A DNA stretch of 63,894 nucleotides from an uncultured Candidatus Saccharibacteria bacterium (GCA_964360605.1 CAYHXN010000001.1:15494-79387); one strand, 5' to 3'; shown: positions 17,000-25,853, counted from the stretch's first letter. Notes: generated by a model from the letters alone, not told the origin. Numbers and translations: made by a program.

Positions 17000-18061
17000 C
17001 TAATAAGCACGGTCCTGATCGCCTCCTCCTTTAGTAGTATACCAGTTGTACAAATCCCAAGTCCTAGAATTGTCTAAACTTTTGCCGATTTTCACGGCAA
17101 AGTTTAAATAACGGCGTTTGGCGCTAACTGGATTAAAAAGCAGCGGAACCTCGTTGTAGCCGACCCGCTCTCCATCAATAAAACCGGCGGCGCTCAAAGA
17201 ATCGCGGTGGAACGGGCCACTGGAAAAATAATCAATAAAATCCAAACCGGAAGCGCGGCAAAAATCAACTACTCCGCCGATGGCAAACAGCTCGGCTTCT
17301 TCGTCAGAAATGAAATCAATAAGTCTGCCGACTTTAATTCCCAGTGGCCCGCTTTCCGTCTTCGGCTCTTCAATCCGTAAAATTGCCAGTGCTTTAATTT
17401 CTTCTCCGCTTTTTACAGCCAACATCCGGTATTTAATCAAAGGATTGCGAGCATAACGCCAATTTAGATAAACCGCGTTGCGTTCAATGGCGATTGGATA
17501 ACGATTCTGAATCTTATGCCAGAAAATATCCGTTTCTTTGCTAAATTCGGTTACTTCATCAAAGTGCCAATTTTTTTCGGTATTAATTTTGTGCGATGAA
17601 GCGGGTAGATCATAAAGCGCGTTTTTAGGATTAATGACATATAAATAGCGTTTTAGATTCTCTCCTTTCCAGCCGGCTTTCATAAAAATCGGCCAGGCCG
17701 TTTCATTAATAGTGTGATCTAAGGCAAGATCGGCAAGCGCCGCCGCTTTTTCCATCAATAAATATCCGTAGCCCAAACTTCTCAAGGATTTTTTAACGAT
17801 TAAATTACAGAGCGAAACACCAGAAACTGTTTGGCCGAAAAAGTTAAATGGGGACGCGAATAAACCAAAAGTACCAACCAGCGTTTCGCTGGAATCAAAT
17901 AAACCAAGCGATTCGTAGGATTCTTTGTTCAAATTAAATGGCCCGTCAAACTGCCAATCATAATAAATTTTGTTGGTTAAAATGTGGCCGGGCTTGTATT
18001 CCGCTTCATTAAAAGCGCGCAGTTTTTCCCATTCAGATTTTTTTATTGGCCTTATTTCCAT
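17000..18061 (-). CDS. Two-domain GNAT/Fem-like acyl(aminoacyl)transferase candidate
   Basis: 353 aa and soluble. The N-terminal half has a GNAT-like beta-strand and helix (CNLIVKKSLRSLGYGYLLMEKAA). The second half looks like a repeat of the fold. Assignment is by resemblance only. Confidence 0.45.
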   Translation of the reverse strand: MEIRPIKKSEWEKLRAFNEAEYKPGHILTNKIYYDWQFDGPFNLNKESYESLGLFDSSETLVGTFGLFASPFNFFGQTVSGVSLCNLIVKKSLRSLGYGYLLMEKAAALADLALDHTINETAWPIFMKAGWKGENLKRYLYVINPKNALYDLPASSHKINTEKNWHFDEVTEFSKETDIFWHKIQNRYPIAIERNAVYLNWRYARNPLIKYRMLAVKSGEEIKALAILRIEEPKTESGPLGIKVGRLIDFISDEEAELFAIGGVVDFCRASGLDFIDYFSSGPFHRDSLSAAGFIDGERVGYNEVPLLFNPVSAKRRYLNFAVKIGKSLDNSRTWDLYNWYTTKGGGDQDRAY

Positions 18062-18077
18062 AGTTCTTATTTATTAT

Positions 18078-18098
18078 TTCCTAATTCCTATTTCCCAG
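18078..18098. repeat. Degenerate tandem heptamer TTCCTAA-TTCCTAT-TTCCCAG at a gene junction
   Basis: Read directly. It overlaps the DltC-like stop (C-terminus ...LGNRN*) and lies upstream of the GNAT-like start at 18061. The unit is related to the 9193..9220 array. Confidence 0.6.
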
Positions 18099-18320
18099 TT
18101 CTTTAATTCCCGTAATAATAGTATTTATAGAATTAAAATTTTCCGTTGTAAGTCTTTCCATATCCAGCTTCACGCCCAACTCTTTTTCAATAAAATCTAT
18201 CAACTTAATCATCGTGAAAGAATCCAAAACCCCGCCCGCGATTAAATCAACGTCTTCATTGCCAATTTTCTTCTGCGTTTCTTTTTCTAAAAATTTTGTA
18301 ACCTTGTTTTTAATATCCAT
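18081..18320 (-). CDS. DltC-like acyl/aminoacyl carrier protein
   Basis: 79 aa from the ATG at 18320. AGGVLDSFTMIKLIDFIEKELGV closely resembles the Ser-attachment region of D-alanyl carrier proteins (…LLDSFGTVELL…). Confidence 0.8.
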   Translation of the reverse strand: MDIKNKVTKFLEKETQKKIGNEDVDLIAGGVLDSFTMIKLIDFIEKELGVKLDMERLTTENFNSINTIITGIKELGNRN

Positions 18321-18328
18321 GTCGCTTG

Positions 18329-19855
18329 TCACTTGTTAATTGTCACTTGTATTTCTTCTCTTAATTTAACTCTATCAATTTTTCCTGTGCTGGTCTTTGG
18401 TAATTCCCGCCGATGAATTTCATCGGGTATCAAATACTGCGGCACTAATTTCGCCAAATCTTTTTTAATTTCCTCAACGCTTTTAGTTTCTTTTAAATTT
18501 ACGAAGGCGTTCAATTTATTGCCCCCGCTTTCTAAATCGAAAACCGCAATAGCCGCCGATTCATTGACGTAGGGCAAAGAATTCAACGCGGCTTCCACGT
18601 CCCCCAACTCAACACGATTACCTCGTATTTTTACCTGATTGTCTTTCCGGCCAATAAATTCATAATTCCCGTCTTCGCGGAGCCGTACTAAATCGCCGGT
18701 TTTATAAATAATCCCGCCATCCGACTTAAACGGATGCTTTATAAAAGAAATCGCCGTCCGTTCCGGATCGTTCCAATACCCCTTGCCGACTCCTAGCCCG
18801 TCAACATAAAGCTCTCCCACCTCACTCGGTTTGGCTAAAAAACCGCTATCGGTTACCGCGAAAATTTCCATTCCGCCGGTCGCTTTGCCAATTGGAACAA
18901 ATTTAGAAAAATCAGTCGGCGGTTCTTTTATTATATAAAAAGAGCACTGAACGGTTGTTTCGGTGGGTCCGTATAAGTTCACAAAGGTCTTTTCCGAAAA
19001 TGCCGTCATCCATTCAGCTAAGAATTTTGACGGAAATCCTTCTCCGTTAAATAAAACTTTGGTTAAGTTTTGCATCCGCCCAGGTTTTACCAGCCCCGCA
19101 ATAGCCAGATGAACCATTACCGACGGAACAGAATTCCAAATAGTCAGCCGATTTTCTTCAATAAATTTAATCAGCTGGCCCGGAAATAAAGAATATTCCT
19201 CCGGCACTAGAAACAAGGTCGCACCGGCTTTCCAGGCGCAATATAAATCAAAAGTAGAAAGATCGAAATGTAGCGGCGGATGCTGAGACATTTTGTCCAT
19301 ATGAGTAATACCCAGTTCACTCACTGCCCAATCGGTGGCGTTGATAATATTTGCATGAGTAATCATTACGCCCTTAGGTTTTCCGGTGGATCCGGAGGTG
19401 TAAAGAATGTAAGCCAAATCGGAACTTTCGTTTTTATAAGCCAAAGGCGCTGTCGGCTGATCACTTACGAAATCTTTTTCACTGTCCAAATTGAAAATAC
19501 CGGCAAAGGTTTCCACTAAAGGCAGGCTAGCGTTATCACAAATAACTAACCTTGGAGCAACATCGTTAACAATCTGTTGAAGTCGCGCCACCGGTGCTTT
19601 GGCGTTAAGCGGAACGTAAACTGCGTCAGCTTTGAGAGTGCCGAGAATAGCGTTAACGGCCTTTAAGGATTTGCTTAAACAAAAACCGACTCGATCACCG
19701 CGTTTCACTCCACGAGCTTTTAACGCTCGCGCCAACTGGTTACTTGTGCTATCTAATTCGGTATAAGTAATTTTCACACCCTTAAAAATTACCGCTGGGT
19801 GGTCAGGATATTTTTGCGATGATTCTTCAAAATATTGTTGAATTAGTTTAATCAT
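18329..19855 (-). CDS. Stand-alone adenylation enzyme (ANL superfamily), DltA-like carrier-protein ligase
   Basis: 508 aa with LAYILYTSGSTGKPKGVMITH, YGPTETT, YKTGDLVR and GRKDNQVKIRGNRVELGDVE. The size and lack of other domains match DltA-type enzymes. Confidence 0.85.
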   Translation of the reverse strand: MIKLIQQYFEESSQKYPDHPAVIFKGVKITYTELDSTSNQLARALKARGVKRGDRVGFCLSKSLKAVNAILGTLKADAVYVPLNAKAPVARLQQIVNDVAPRLVICDNASLPLVETFAGIFNLDSEKDFVSDQPTAPLAYKNESSDLAYILYTSGSTGKPKGVMITHANIINATDWAVSELGITHMDKMSQHPPLHFDLSTFDLYCAWKAGATLFLVPEEYSLFPGQLIKFIEENRLTIWNSVPSVMVHLAIAGLVKPGRMQNLTKVLFNGEGFPSKFLAEWMTAFSEKTFVNLYGPTETTVQCSFYIIKEPPTDFSKFVPIGKATGGMEIFAVTDSGFLAKPSEVGELYVDGLGVGKGYWNDPERTAISFIKHPFKSDGGIIYKTGDLVRLREDGNYEFIGRKDNQVKIRGNRVELGDVEAALNSLPYVNESAAIAVFDLESGGNKLNAFVNLKETKSVEEIKKDLAKLVPQYLIPDEIHRRELPKTSTGKIDRVKLREEIQVTINK

Positions 19856-19860
19856 GGCCG

Positions 19861-20265
19861 TTAGGAATTAGTCATTAAAGCAACTGCGGTAGCGTAATCT
19901 TTCGTATGAGAAATGGAAATAAGTACCTGAATCTTGCCGCCTGTGGCGAGCCTCGCCTTCTGAAAAATTATTGAATCGGTGGCGGGAAAACTTGAAACTT
20001 GAAGCTTAACCCTTGGACTTCCATCTTTTTTATTTAAAATTTCAATATTTTTCGCTTTATAAATCGTGCTCCCCAACGATTTAATCACTGCTTCTTTAGC
20101 GGCAAATTTACCGGCAAAATGCTGGTGGGGATTAGATTTAGAAAGACAATATTTTATTTCTTGGTCGGTAAAAATCTTTGTATAAAAACTCTGATTTTTC
20201 ACGTAAGGTATTTTCCGAAACTTTTTTACCTCTACTATATCTATACCTACATTTTTTATTTTCAT
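19861..20265 (-). CDS. acpS: Holo-[acyl-carrier-protein] synthase (4'-phosphopantetheinyl transferase)
   Basis: 134 aa with GIDIVEVKKF...FTDQEIKYC...HFAGKFAAKEAVIKSLG...ISISHTKDYATAVA. Confidence 0.85.
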   Translation of the reverse strand: MKIKNVGIDIVEVKKFRKIPYVKNQSFYTKIFTDQEIKYCLSKSNPHQHFAGKFAAKEAVIKSLGSTIYKAKNIEILNKKDGSPRVKLQVSSFPATDSIIFQKARLATGGKIQVLISISHTKDYATAVALMTNS

Positions 20266-21614
20266 AATTGGTTCAAAATGAACTGGGTAATTCGCTCACC
20301 CGCCTTACCATCTAATTGGCAACACTGCTCCTCCACCAAACGCCTTCGTCCCTCTCGATCTAAAGATGGGTTTTCTAAATACTGATTTATTTGATTTATA
20401 AGCTCCTGCCTGTTTCTAGGATAGGCAATACCGCCGGTAAGCACCGCTTTAGCGTAGTGAGTCATTTTATAAAAATAAGTTGGGGATTTAGAGGCAAGCT
20501 CCTTTTCCCTTACCTCAAAATTAATATTGATAACTGGTTTATCAAAAACCGCCGCGTCAATACTCATACTGGAAGCGTAGCAAATAAAAACGTCCGTGTT
20601 GGCCAACGTATCCGTAAGACCGCGAATATCCTCAAAGCTCATATCCCAATCTACTCCCCGCTTGGAAGAAAAACGGATTCCCGGCAAGTCGTACTTAAGA
20701 CGCGGGCGCTTAATCAATTCATCTTTATCGGTAAAATCGTTCGGTTGGAAACGAACAAGTAGCTGGGCGTTTCTAATCTCACCGCTTTCTGTCGCGGAAC
20801 TCAACAGGTCAATAATATCCCAATCAGAGTTACTAAACGCTTTTCCCATTGGAGCGTAAACAATAAGTTTTTTATTCAAATCTAAGCCTTTTTTGGAAAG
20901 AAATACGTCGCGCGACACTGGCTTGTAATTAATATGCCAATCGTATTGTGGAATACCAGTAACGCAAATATCTTCCCGAGCCATATCCGCGTGACAGATT
21001 GCCTCCTCTTCCACTAAATGGTTAAAAACTATTAACTTATCCGGAAGTAATCTCAAGCTGTTGCGGGCTGTTAATTTATCCCAAGAATTAATAAAACCGA
21101 TGGTTGGAACGTCTCTATGCATCGCTTCCCGCAATAGATGCGCTTCTAAATCATCAAATAGGTGAGCTAAGAAAACTACCGATGGTTTATATTTTTCAAA
21201 ATACCCAGAAAAAGTTCGGTCTTTAACCAAAAAATAATCTAGCGCTCTCGCTACTTTCCGGAAAAAACGGCGGGCCAGCAATCTATTCAGTGCCCAATTA
21301 ATCCAATAGCGCGGGTAGCTTATGCCTGTTTCTAATGCCATTTTACGCCGCAAGTCCACAGTTTCCGTCCGCAATAAGAAGAATTTCAAACCAGAAAAAA
21401 ACTTATCCCACCCCCGAAGAACCGGAGCCGAAACCGATTCGTAAATTACATTGGGATTAGAAAATTCTTTTTGATAGTAGGCGGCCCGCTCTAGCGTTCC
21501 CACAAAAAAAACTATTCGCACCGCCGGTTGTTTTACAAGATTTTTATAAATATCGGTACGCAAAATATTCTTCGCTTCCACGCCCTGAAAGATAGTAATG
21601 AATATTGTTTTCAT
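20262..21614 (-). CDS. TagB/TagF-like GT-B protein (CDP-glycerol glycerophosphotransferase-like), paralog 1 of 4
   Basis: 450 aa with LIVYAPMGK, TDVFICYASSMSIDAAVFDKPVININ and a C-terminal NPSLDREGRRRLVEEQCCQLDGKAGERI tail that resembles the Glyphos_transf family. Clear paralog of 42405..43772, 43776..45131 and 57061..58395. Confidence 0.5.
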   Translation of the reverse strand: MKTIFITIFQGVEAKNILRTDIYKNLVKQPAVRIVFFVGTLERAAYYQKEFSNPNVIYESVSAPVLRGWDKFFSGLKFFLLRTETVDLRRKMALETGISYPRYWINWALNRLLARRFFRKVARALDYFLVKDRTFSGYFEKYKPSVVFLAHLFDDLEAHLLREAMHRDVPTIGFINSWDKLTARNSLRLLPDKLIVFNHLVEEEAICHADMAREDICVTGIPQYDWHINYKPVSRDVFLSKKGLDLNKKLIVYAPMGKAFSNSDWDIIDLLSSATESGEIRNAQLLVRFQPNDFTDKDELIKRPRLKYDLPGIRFSSKRGVDWDMSFEDIRGLTDTLANTDVFICYASSMSIDAAVFDKPVININFEVREKELASKSPTYFYKMTHYAKAVLTGGIAYPRNRQELINQINQYLENPSLDREGRRRLVEEQCCQLDGKAGERITQFILNQL

Positions 21615-21619
21615 ACATT

Positions 21620-21646
21620 AAAAAAAATCTCCGATGATTCGGAGAT
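21620..21646 (-). terminator. Intrinsic terminator after the transaldolase-like gene
   Basis: Minus-strand RNA reads AUCUCCGA-AUCA-UCGGAGAU followed by U8. The U-tract ends only 5 nt before the ATG of 20262..21614. Confidence 0.75.
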
Positions 21647-21681
21647 TTCTAAGTTTTATTATAATCTATTTTTACTAGATT

Positions 21682-22350
21682 TTAAAGCATTCCGGCATCA
21701 CGCAAAAATTGCTCTTGAGTCTCCACGCTTTTCTTCTGGTAAATAATTTTTGGCATAAATTTAGGCGGAACAGTAACAATATGAACTCCCGCTTCGTAAA
21801 CGTCAAAAACATCCCGAGCCTCCCTAATACTTCCGGCAATAATTTCAGATTTTAGATTGCAGTCATCAAGCTCTTTTCGAGTTTTTTTTATTGTGGCCAA
21901 TCCGTCGGAACCCATGTCTATAATACGCCGATAAAGCAAGCTAACGTATTTCGCGCCCGCTTTTGCGGCCCAAAATGCTTGATGCCAATCCACGCAAGCG
22001 GTGCAATTTACCGTAATTCCTGAATCACTTAACTTGTGGACCACCCCTAAACGGTCCGTCCCATCCACGCCCAAAATCGGAATTTTGATTGCCAACCCGG
22101 AATAATTTAATACTCGGATAAAATAATCAGCCTGCCTTAACATTGCCCCCGGAGTATCGCCAAACACTTCCACGCTCAGAGAAATTGGCTCCTTGCTATA
22201 AGCTCGTATCGCTTCAATAATTTTTTTCCAAATGGGAATAGGATTTTTCTTTTTTACCAAAGAAGGGTTAGTGGTAATTCCATCTAAAATCCCGGTTTTT
22301 AACCATTTTTCTATTTCTCCAAGGTCTGCCGTATCTAGAAAGATTTTCAT
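21682..22350 (-). CDS. Transaldolase-family protein (TalC / fructose-6-phosphate aldolase type)
   Basis: MKIFLDTADLGEIEKWLKTGILDGITTNPSLV...IKIPI...ITVNCTAC...AKAGAKYVSLLYRRIID. The start at 22350 is preceded by GAGG. Confidence 0.85.
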   Translation of the reverse strand: MKIFLDTADLGEIEKWLKTGILDGITTNPSLVKKKNPIPIWKKIIEAIRAYSKEPISLSVEVFGDTPGAMLRQADYFIRVLNYSGLAIKIPILGVDGTDRLGVVHKLSDSGITVNCTACVDWHQAFWAAKAGAKYVSLLYRRIIDMGSDGLATIKKTRKELDDCNLKSEIIAGSIREARDVFDVYEAGVHIVTVPPKFMPKIIYQKKSVETQEQFLRDAGML

Positions 22351-22399
22351 CTTTACCTCAAAAGTTCTGTTATTAAAATAGCCGTAAAAAAAAGCGGCG

Positions 22400-23035
22400 T
22401 CAATGGCCGCTATTTTCAAATTCTTTGATTTTGTTTTTAAGGCAGAAAATAATTAAGTGCTGGATAACGACCTGAAAAGACTCCACGAGAGCGGTTTTTA
22501 GTTCCTTATTGGTAACAATGCGAATAGGCGCGTCCACCATCTCTAAAAGCGGGCCGCCGCCGGCTATCGCAATCGTTTGACCGCCGACATCTTTAATTTT
22601 TTGGATTCCCTTAAGCAAATTCTGAGACCACTTTCCACCTAAATCCGAACCCTCTCCGCCATTTACGCTCAATCCGATACCAACCCCGCCACCCTCATAG
22701 TAATTGTCCAACCAAGCAGTAAAGTAATCCTCTTTCGCCCTATCGTTTACGATCGCGGTACTGTGCGGGATATTATCCCACAAAGTTAGGGCATGTATTC
22801 CCCTCTGTCCAGGAACGTCATTAATGGTCTTTGCCAGATCACCGGCAAAATGGGAGGCGGTGGAAGCCGATCCGCCGTTGCCTAAAATATAAACTTTCCG
22901 TCTGTCCTCCCACGCCTCAAAAAGAATCTGGATTGCTTTTTCTATCTCCACCGCTTGCCCTTCTAGCTTTTTAGATATCTCGCTGGAATGCTTTAAGTAA
23001 TTTAAAATAAATTCCCGATCGTCGTTTTCTTTCAC
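22400..23035 (-). CDS. SIS-domain sugar-phosphate isomerase, GmhA-like (sedoheptulose-7-phosphate isomerase candidate)
   Basis: KVYILGNGGSASTASHFAGDL matches the GmhA/SIS motif. A GTG start is preceded by GGAG. Confidence 0.7.
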   Translation of the reverse strand: MKENDDREFILNYLKHSSEISKKLEGQAVEIEKAIQILFEAWEDRRKVYILGNGGSASTASHFAGDLAKTINDVPGQRGIHALTLWDNIPHSTAIVNDRAKEDYFTAWLDNYYEGGGVGIGLSVNGGEGSDLGGKWSQNLLKGIQKIKDVGGQTIAIAGGGPLLEMVDAPIRIVTNKELKTALVESFQVVIQHLIIFCLKNKIKEFENSGH

Positions 23036-23099
23036 CGTATTGCTCCGAAAAAGTGCTGCTTATAACGTAAACAAGCGCGACCTTCGGGTCAATATTGAC

Positions 23100-23122
23100 A
23101 AAAAATCCCGAATGTATCGGGA
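23100..23122 (-). terminator. Intrinsic terminator after the SDR gene 23133..23975
   Basis: Minus-strand RNA reads UCCCGA-UACAU-UCGGGA followed by U6. Confidence 0.65.
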
Positions 23123-23132
23123 CTCTTTTAAT

Positions 23133-23975
23133 CTACCAGCTCTTTCCGCGATGCTCCGGTTTCACCCGGCGCATATTATATATGTCGGTGCTCTGTAAAT
23201 CATTAAGATGACCAGGAAACTCTTTATATTTATCGTGTAAAGCGCTCAAATATTTTCCGGTAACACCGGTCGCTTCCGGAGACGCCAGCCAAAAAATTAA
23301 CTGGGCGGCTTTTTCCGGCGGTACTCCGCCATCGGATTTTTGTTTAACCGAACGCTCCCAAATCTCCTTACCCACCTTTCCCTCTCCCGCTAACAAGAGA
23401 TTGTCCAGAAACTTTGTATTTACTCCTCCCGGAGCAATAGCATTTACATAAATTTTATAACTCTTTAACTCATCACCCAAACTTTCAGTAAAGCGAATAA
23501 TCGCGCCCTTGGAAGAGCTGTAGGCGGTGAAACGCGGTAAAGCTCCGTCGCCGCCTCCAGAAAAATTCACGATCCGGCCACCGCCCTGCTTTTTCATAAA
23601 CGGTATGGTCATTTTACACATTGCTACCGTGCCGAAAACATTAATATCAAAAGTTTTTTTCCATTCCGCTAAATCGTTATCAGCTAATTCGCCTATCGGC
23701 CCATAAATACCGGCGGCATTAACTAGTACATCCAAACGACCGTCAAAACTCTTTTCTATATAAGACTGAATTTTAGAAACGTCATTGGCGCTGGAAACGT
23801 CCGCCACTAAAACATTAATCGTTGGAGAAATCTTAGAAAGTTCGGCTTTAGTTGACTCTAATTCGCTTAGGGTTCTAGAAACTATTAAAATGTGGTCGCC
23901 ATTGCGCGCAAAATCGGCGGCTACGGCTTTCCCGATACCCCTGCCCCCACCAGTTATTATCACGTTTCTAAACAT
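23133..23975 (-). CDS. Short-chain dehydrogenase/reductase (classical SDR)
   Basis: VIITGGGRGIGKAVA, NAAGI and YSSSKGAI (YxxxK). Confidence 0.85.
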   Translation of the reverse strand: MFRNVIITGGGRGIGKAVAADFARNGDHILIVSRTLSELESTKAELSKISPTINVLVADVSSANDVSKIQSYIEKSFDGRLDVLVNAAGIYGPIGELADNDLAEWKKTFDINVFGTVAMCKMTIPFMKKQGGGRIVNFSGGGDGALPRFTAYSSSKGAIIRFTESLGDELKSYKIYVNAIAPGGVNTKFLDNLLLAGEGKVGKEIWERSVKQKSDGGVPPEKAAQLIFWLASPEATGVTGKYLSALHDKYKEFPGHLNDLQSTDIYNMRRVKPEHRGKSW

Positions 23976-23996
23976 AATTATCTTTTAAAATACTTT

Positions 23997-25109
23997 TTAT
24001 ATTTTAACAATTTTTTGTTTTTTGAGAAGCTTCTCGCTAGCTTGCCAATATTTTTTTGCTTCTGGATATTGCTTGATCCAACTTACGTATTCTTTAACAT
24101 TATCTTTTAATTCATACTTGGACGACCAACCTAATTGTTTTAGTTTAGAAATATCCATTATTTGATGACGCGGCGTATTAAGACGGTATTCTCCGACAAT
24201 CACCGGTTTGAAAGGAATATTAGCCTCTTTCGCGACTAACCGAGCCACATCCAAGACAGTGGTAACTTTCCCGCTTCCGATATTAAAGGCTTCGTAATCC
24301 GCGCGTGAATCGGTTAATACTTTCAGATGAGCAGAGGTTACGTCTTTAATATTAACAAAATCCCTAATCTGTTTCCCATCCTCGTGAATACTTAACGGCT
24401 GACCCGATAATCCTTGAACAGCGAACGCCCTTAACGCGCCGGAATAAAAATGGCGGAAGGATTGGCGCGGTCCATGGACGATTGAGTAACGTACCGCCAC
24501 CGTGGGAATCTGATAGATTTTTCCAAGCACCAAAGCGGTCCGTTCAGACGCTAACTTAGAAATTCCGTAGGGAATCTGCGGATTCAGCGTGTCATCTTCT
24601 TTCTCTGGTAAGGGCCGAACAATACTACCGTCAATAGGACAGCGCATCTCCCAGTCTTTTTTCCGCAATTGTTTTTCGGAACGATGCTGAAGATACAAAG
24701 TCTTGTGCTTAGAACAATTATATTTCCCCTCTCCGTAAACCGATTGCGAAGAAGTAATGATTATTTTTTGGATCGGCAGTCTTTTCTCAACGATAATCTC
24801 GTAAATCATCGCCGTACTAGCCGTATTGGTAGCAAAATACGTACTAAAATCCAGCCGATAATCCATGTAGGCCGCGAGATGAAAAACATAATCAACGCCA
24901 GCCAAAGATTTTTCTAAATCCTTGCGTTCCCTAACGTCGCCTTTAATGAATTCCGATTTTTTGTTAAACCATTCTGGTAATTTTCCGTTGTGGGTTGGCG
25001 GTGCCAAATTATCCAAGACTCGCACCGCGTAACCGGCTCCTATAAGGCCATCTACTAGATGCGAACCGATAAAACCGGCACCGCCAGTTACTAGAACAAG
25101 TCCTTTCAT
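23997..25109 (-). CDS. NAD-dependent nucleotide-sugar epimerase/dehydratase (extended SDR)
   Basis: [18 protein letters not shown] and YGISKLASE (YxxxK). At 370 aa it carries an insertion relative to typical 4-epimerases. Confidence 0.85.
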   Translation of the reverse strand: MKGLVLVTGGAGFIGSHLVDGLIGAGYAVRVLDNLAPPTHNGKLPEWFNKKSEFIKGDVRERKDLEKSLAGVDYVFHLAAYMDYRLDFSTYFATNTASTAMIYEIIVEKRLPIQKIIITSSQSVYGEGKYNCSKHKTLYLQHRSEKQLRKKDWEMRCPIDGSIVRPLPEKEDDTLNPQIPYGISKLASERTALVLGKIYQIPTVAVRYSIVHGPRQSFRHFYSGALRAFAVQGLSGQPLSIHEDGKQIRDFVNIKDVTSAHLKVLTDSRADYEAFNIGSGKVTTVLDVARLVAKEANIPFKPVIVGEYRLNTPRHQIMDISKLKQLGWSSKYELKDNVKEYVSWIKQYPEAKKYWQASEKLLKKQKIVKI

Positions 25110-25125
25110 ATCATTTTAATATAGG

Positions 25126-25155
25126 AAAAAAAAATCCCGAGTTCAAGCTCGAGAT
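25126..25155 (-). terminator. Intrinsic terminator overlapping the HAD gene stop
   Basis: Minus-strand RNA reads AUCUCGAG-CUUGAA-CUCGGGAU (one G-U pair) followed by U9. Confidence 0.75.
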
Positions 25156-25853
25156 TGGGCAGATTCTTCGTTCAAATTTTTTATCAAAGCAGGGGTGTTA
25201 ATCTCATCCCAATTCATAAATACTCTATGCGCACCCGCTTCCACTAAGGCGTTCACCGTATCCGGCCGATTGTATATAGGCATACCGATAGTCAAACACC
25301 CAACAGTTACCGCTCCCAAAATACCACGCGGCGAGTCTTCAAAAACAAGCTGTTCCGTGGTGTTCACTCCGGCTCTTTCGGCAGTTTCATCCCAAACATC
25401 CGGAGATGGCTTCAATTGCTTAACATCATCTCGGAGAACAACTAAACGGGGATCAAAATACTTATCCAGCCCGGAACTCTCCATCAGCATCTTAGCGTAT
25501 TTTTCAGTGGTTAAACTCCCAACAGTCATTTTATAGTCGTTGCGCTTCAACCATTCTAAAACTTCAACTAATCCTGAACGGGCAACGATCTTAGACTTTT
25601 CCAAAAACTTTTCGTAATGGCTTTTATCCAACTCTAAAATTAACTTCCAATCAACCGGAGAGGGGGCTAGAGCCGCTATTTCTTTCGCGATGTCTTCATC
25701 CGGCCCGCCGATAAAATGGGGAATTTTCTGAAAACAATCCTCCATTGTTAGCTTCACACCGACAATGGAAGCGGCCGCGATGTGGGCGTTGTGATGAGCG
25801 GCTTCCACGTTGACCATTGTTCCTTCTAAATCAAAAGCCACCGCTTTTATCAT
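25143..25853 (-). CDS. HAD-superfamily hydrolase (beta-phosphoglucomutase/phosphatase-like, subfamily IA)
   Basis: AVAFDLEGTMV (DxD/E motif I), GSLTT and FEDSPRGILGA. Confidence 0.8.
   Translation of the reverse strand: MIKAVAFDLEGTMVNVEAAHHNAHIAAASIVGVKLTMEDCFQKIPHFIGGPDEDIAKEIAALAPSPVDWKLILELDKSHYEKFLEKSKIVARSGLVEVLEWLKRNDYKMTVGSLTTEKYAKMLMESSGLDKYFDPRLVVLRDDVKQLKPSPDVWDETAERAGVNTTEQLVFEDSPRGILGAVTVGCLTIGMPIYNRPDTVNALVEAGAHRVFMNWDEINTPALIKNLNEESAQSRA

Noticed and set aside
18326-18350. 11-nt direct repeat TTGTCACTTGT at 18326..18336 and 18340..18350, at the DltA-like/DltC-like junction.
   Set aside because: It is real in the sequence but short. It lies in the last codons of the DltA-like gene (…QVTINK*) and the 8-nt spacer. 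I see no matching motif elsewhere, so it is probably a coincidental micro-duplication. It is noted only in case it recurs genome-wide.
23079-23099. A small GACC-TTCG-GGTC hairpin and the 12-nt palindrome GTCAATATTGAC in the gmhA-like leader, as possible regulatory RNA or operator.
   Set aside because: The stem is only 4 bp and the palindrome is short and AT-rich. Nearby -35/-10 spacings did not fit a convincing promoter. The support is too weak to call a feature.
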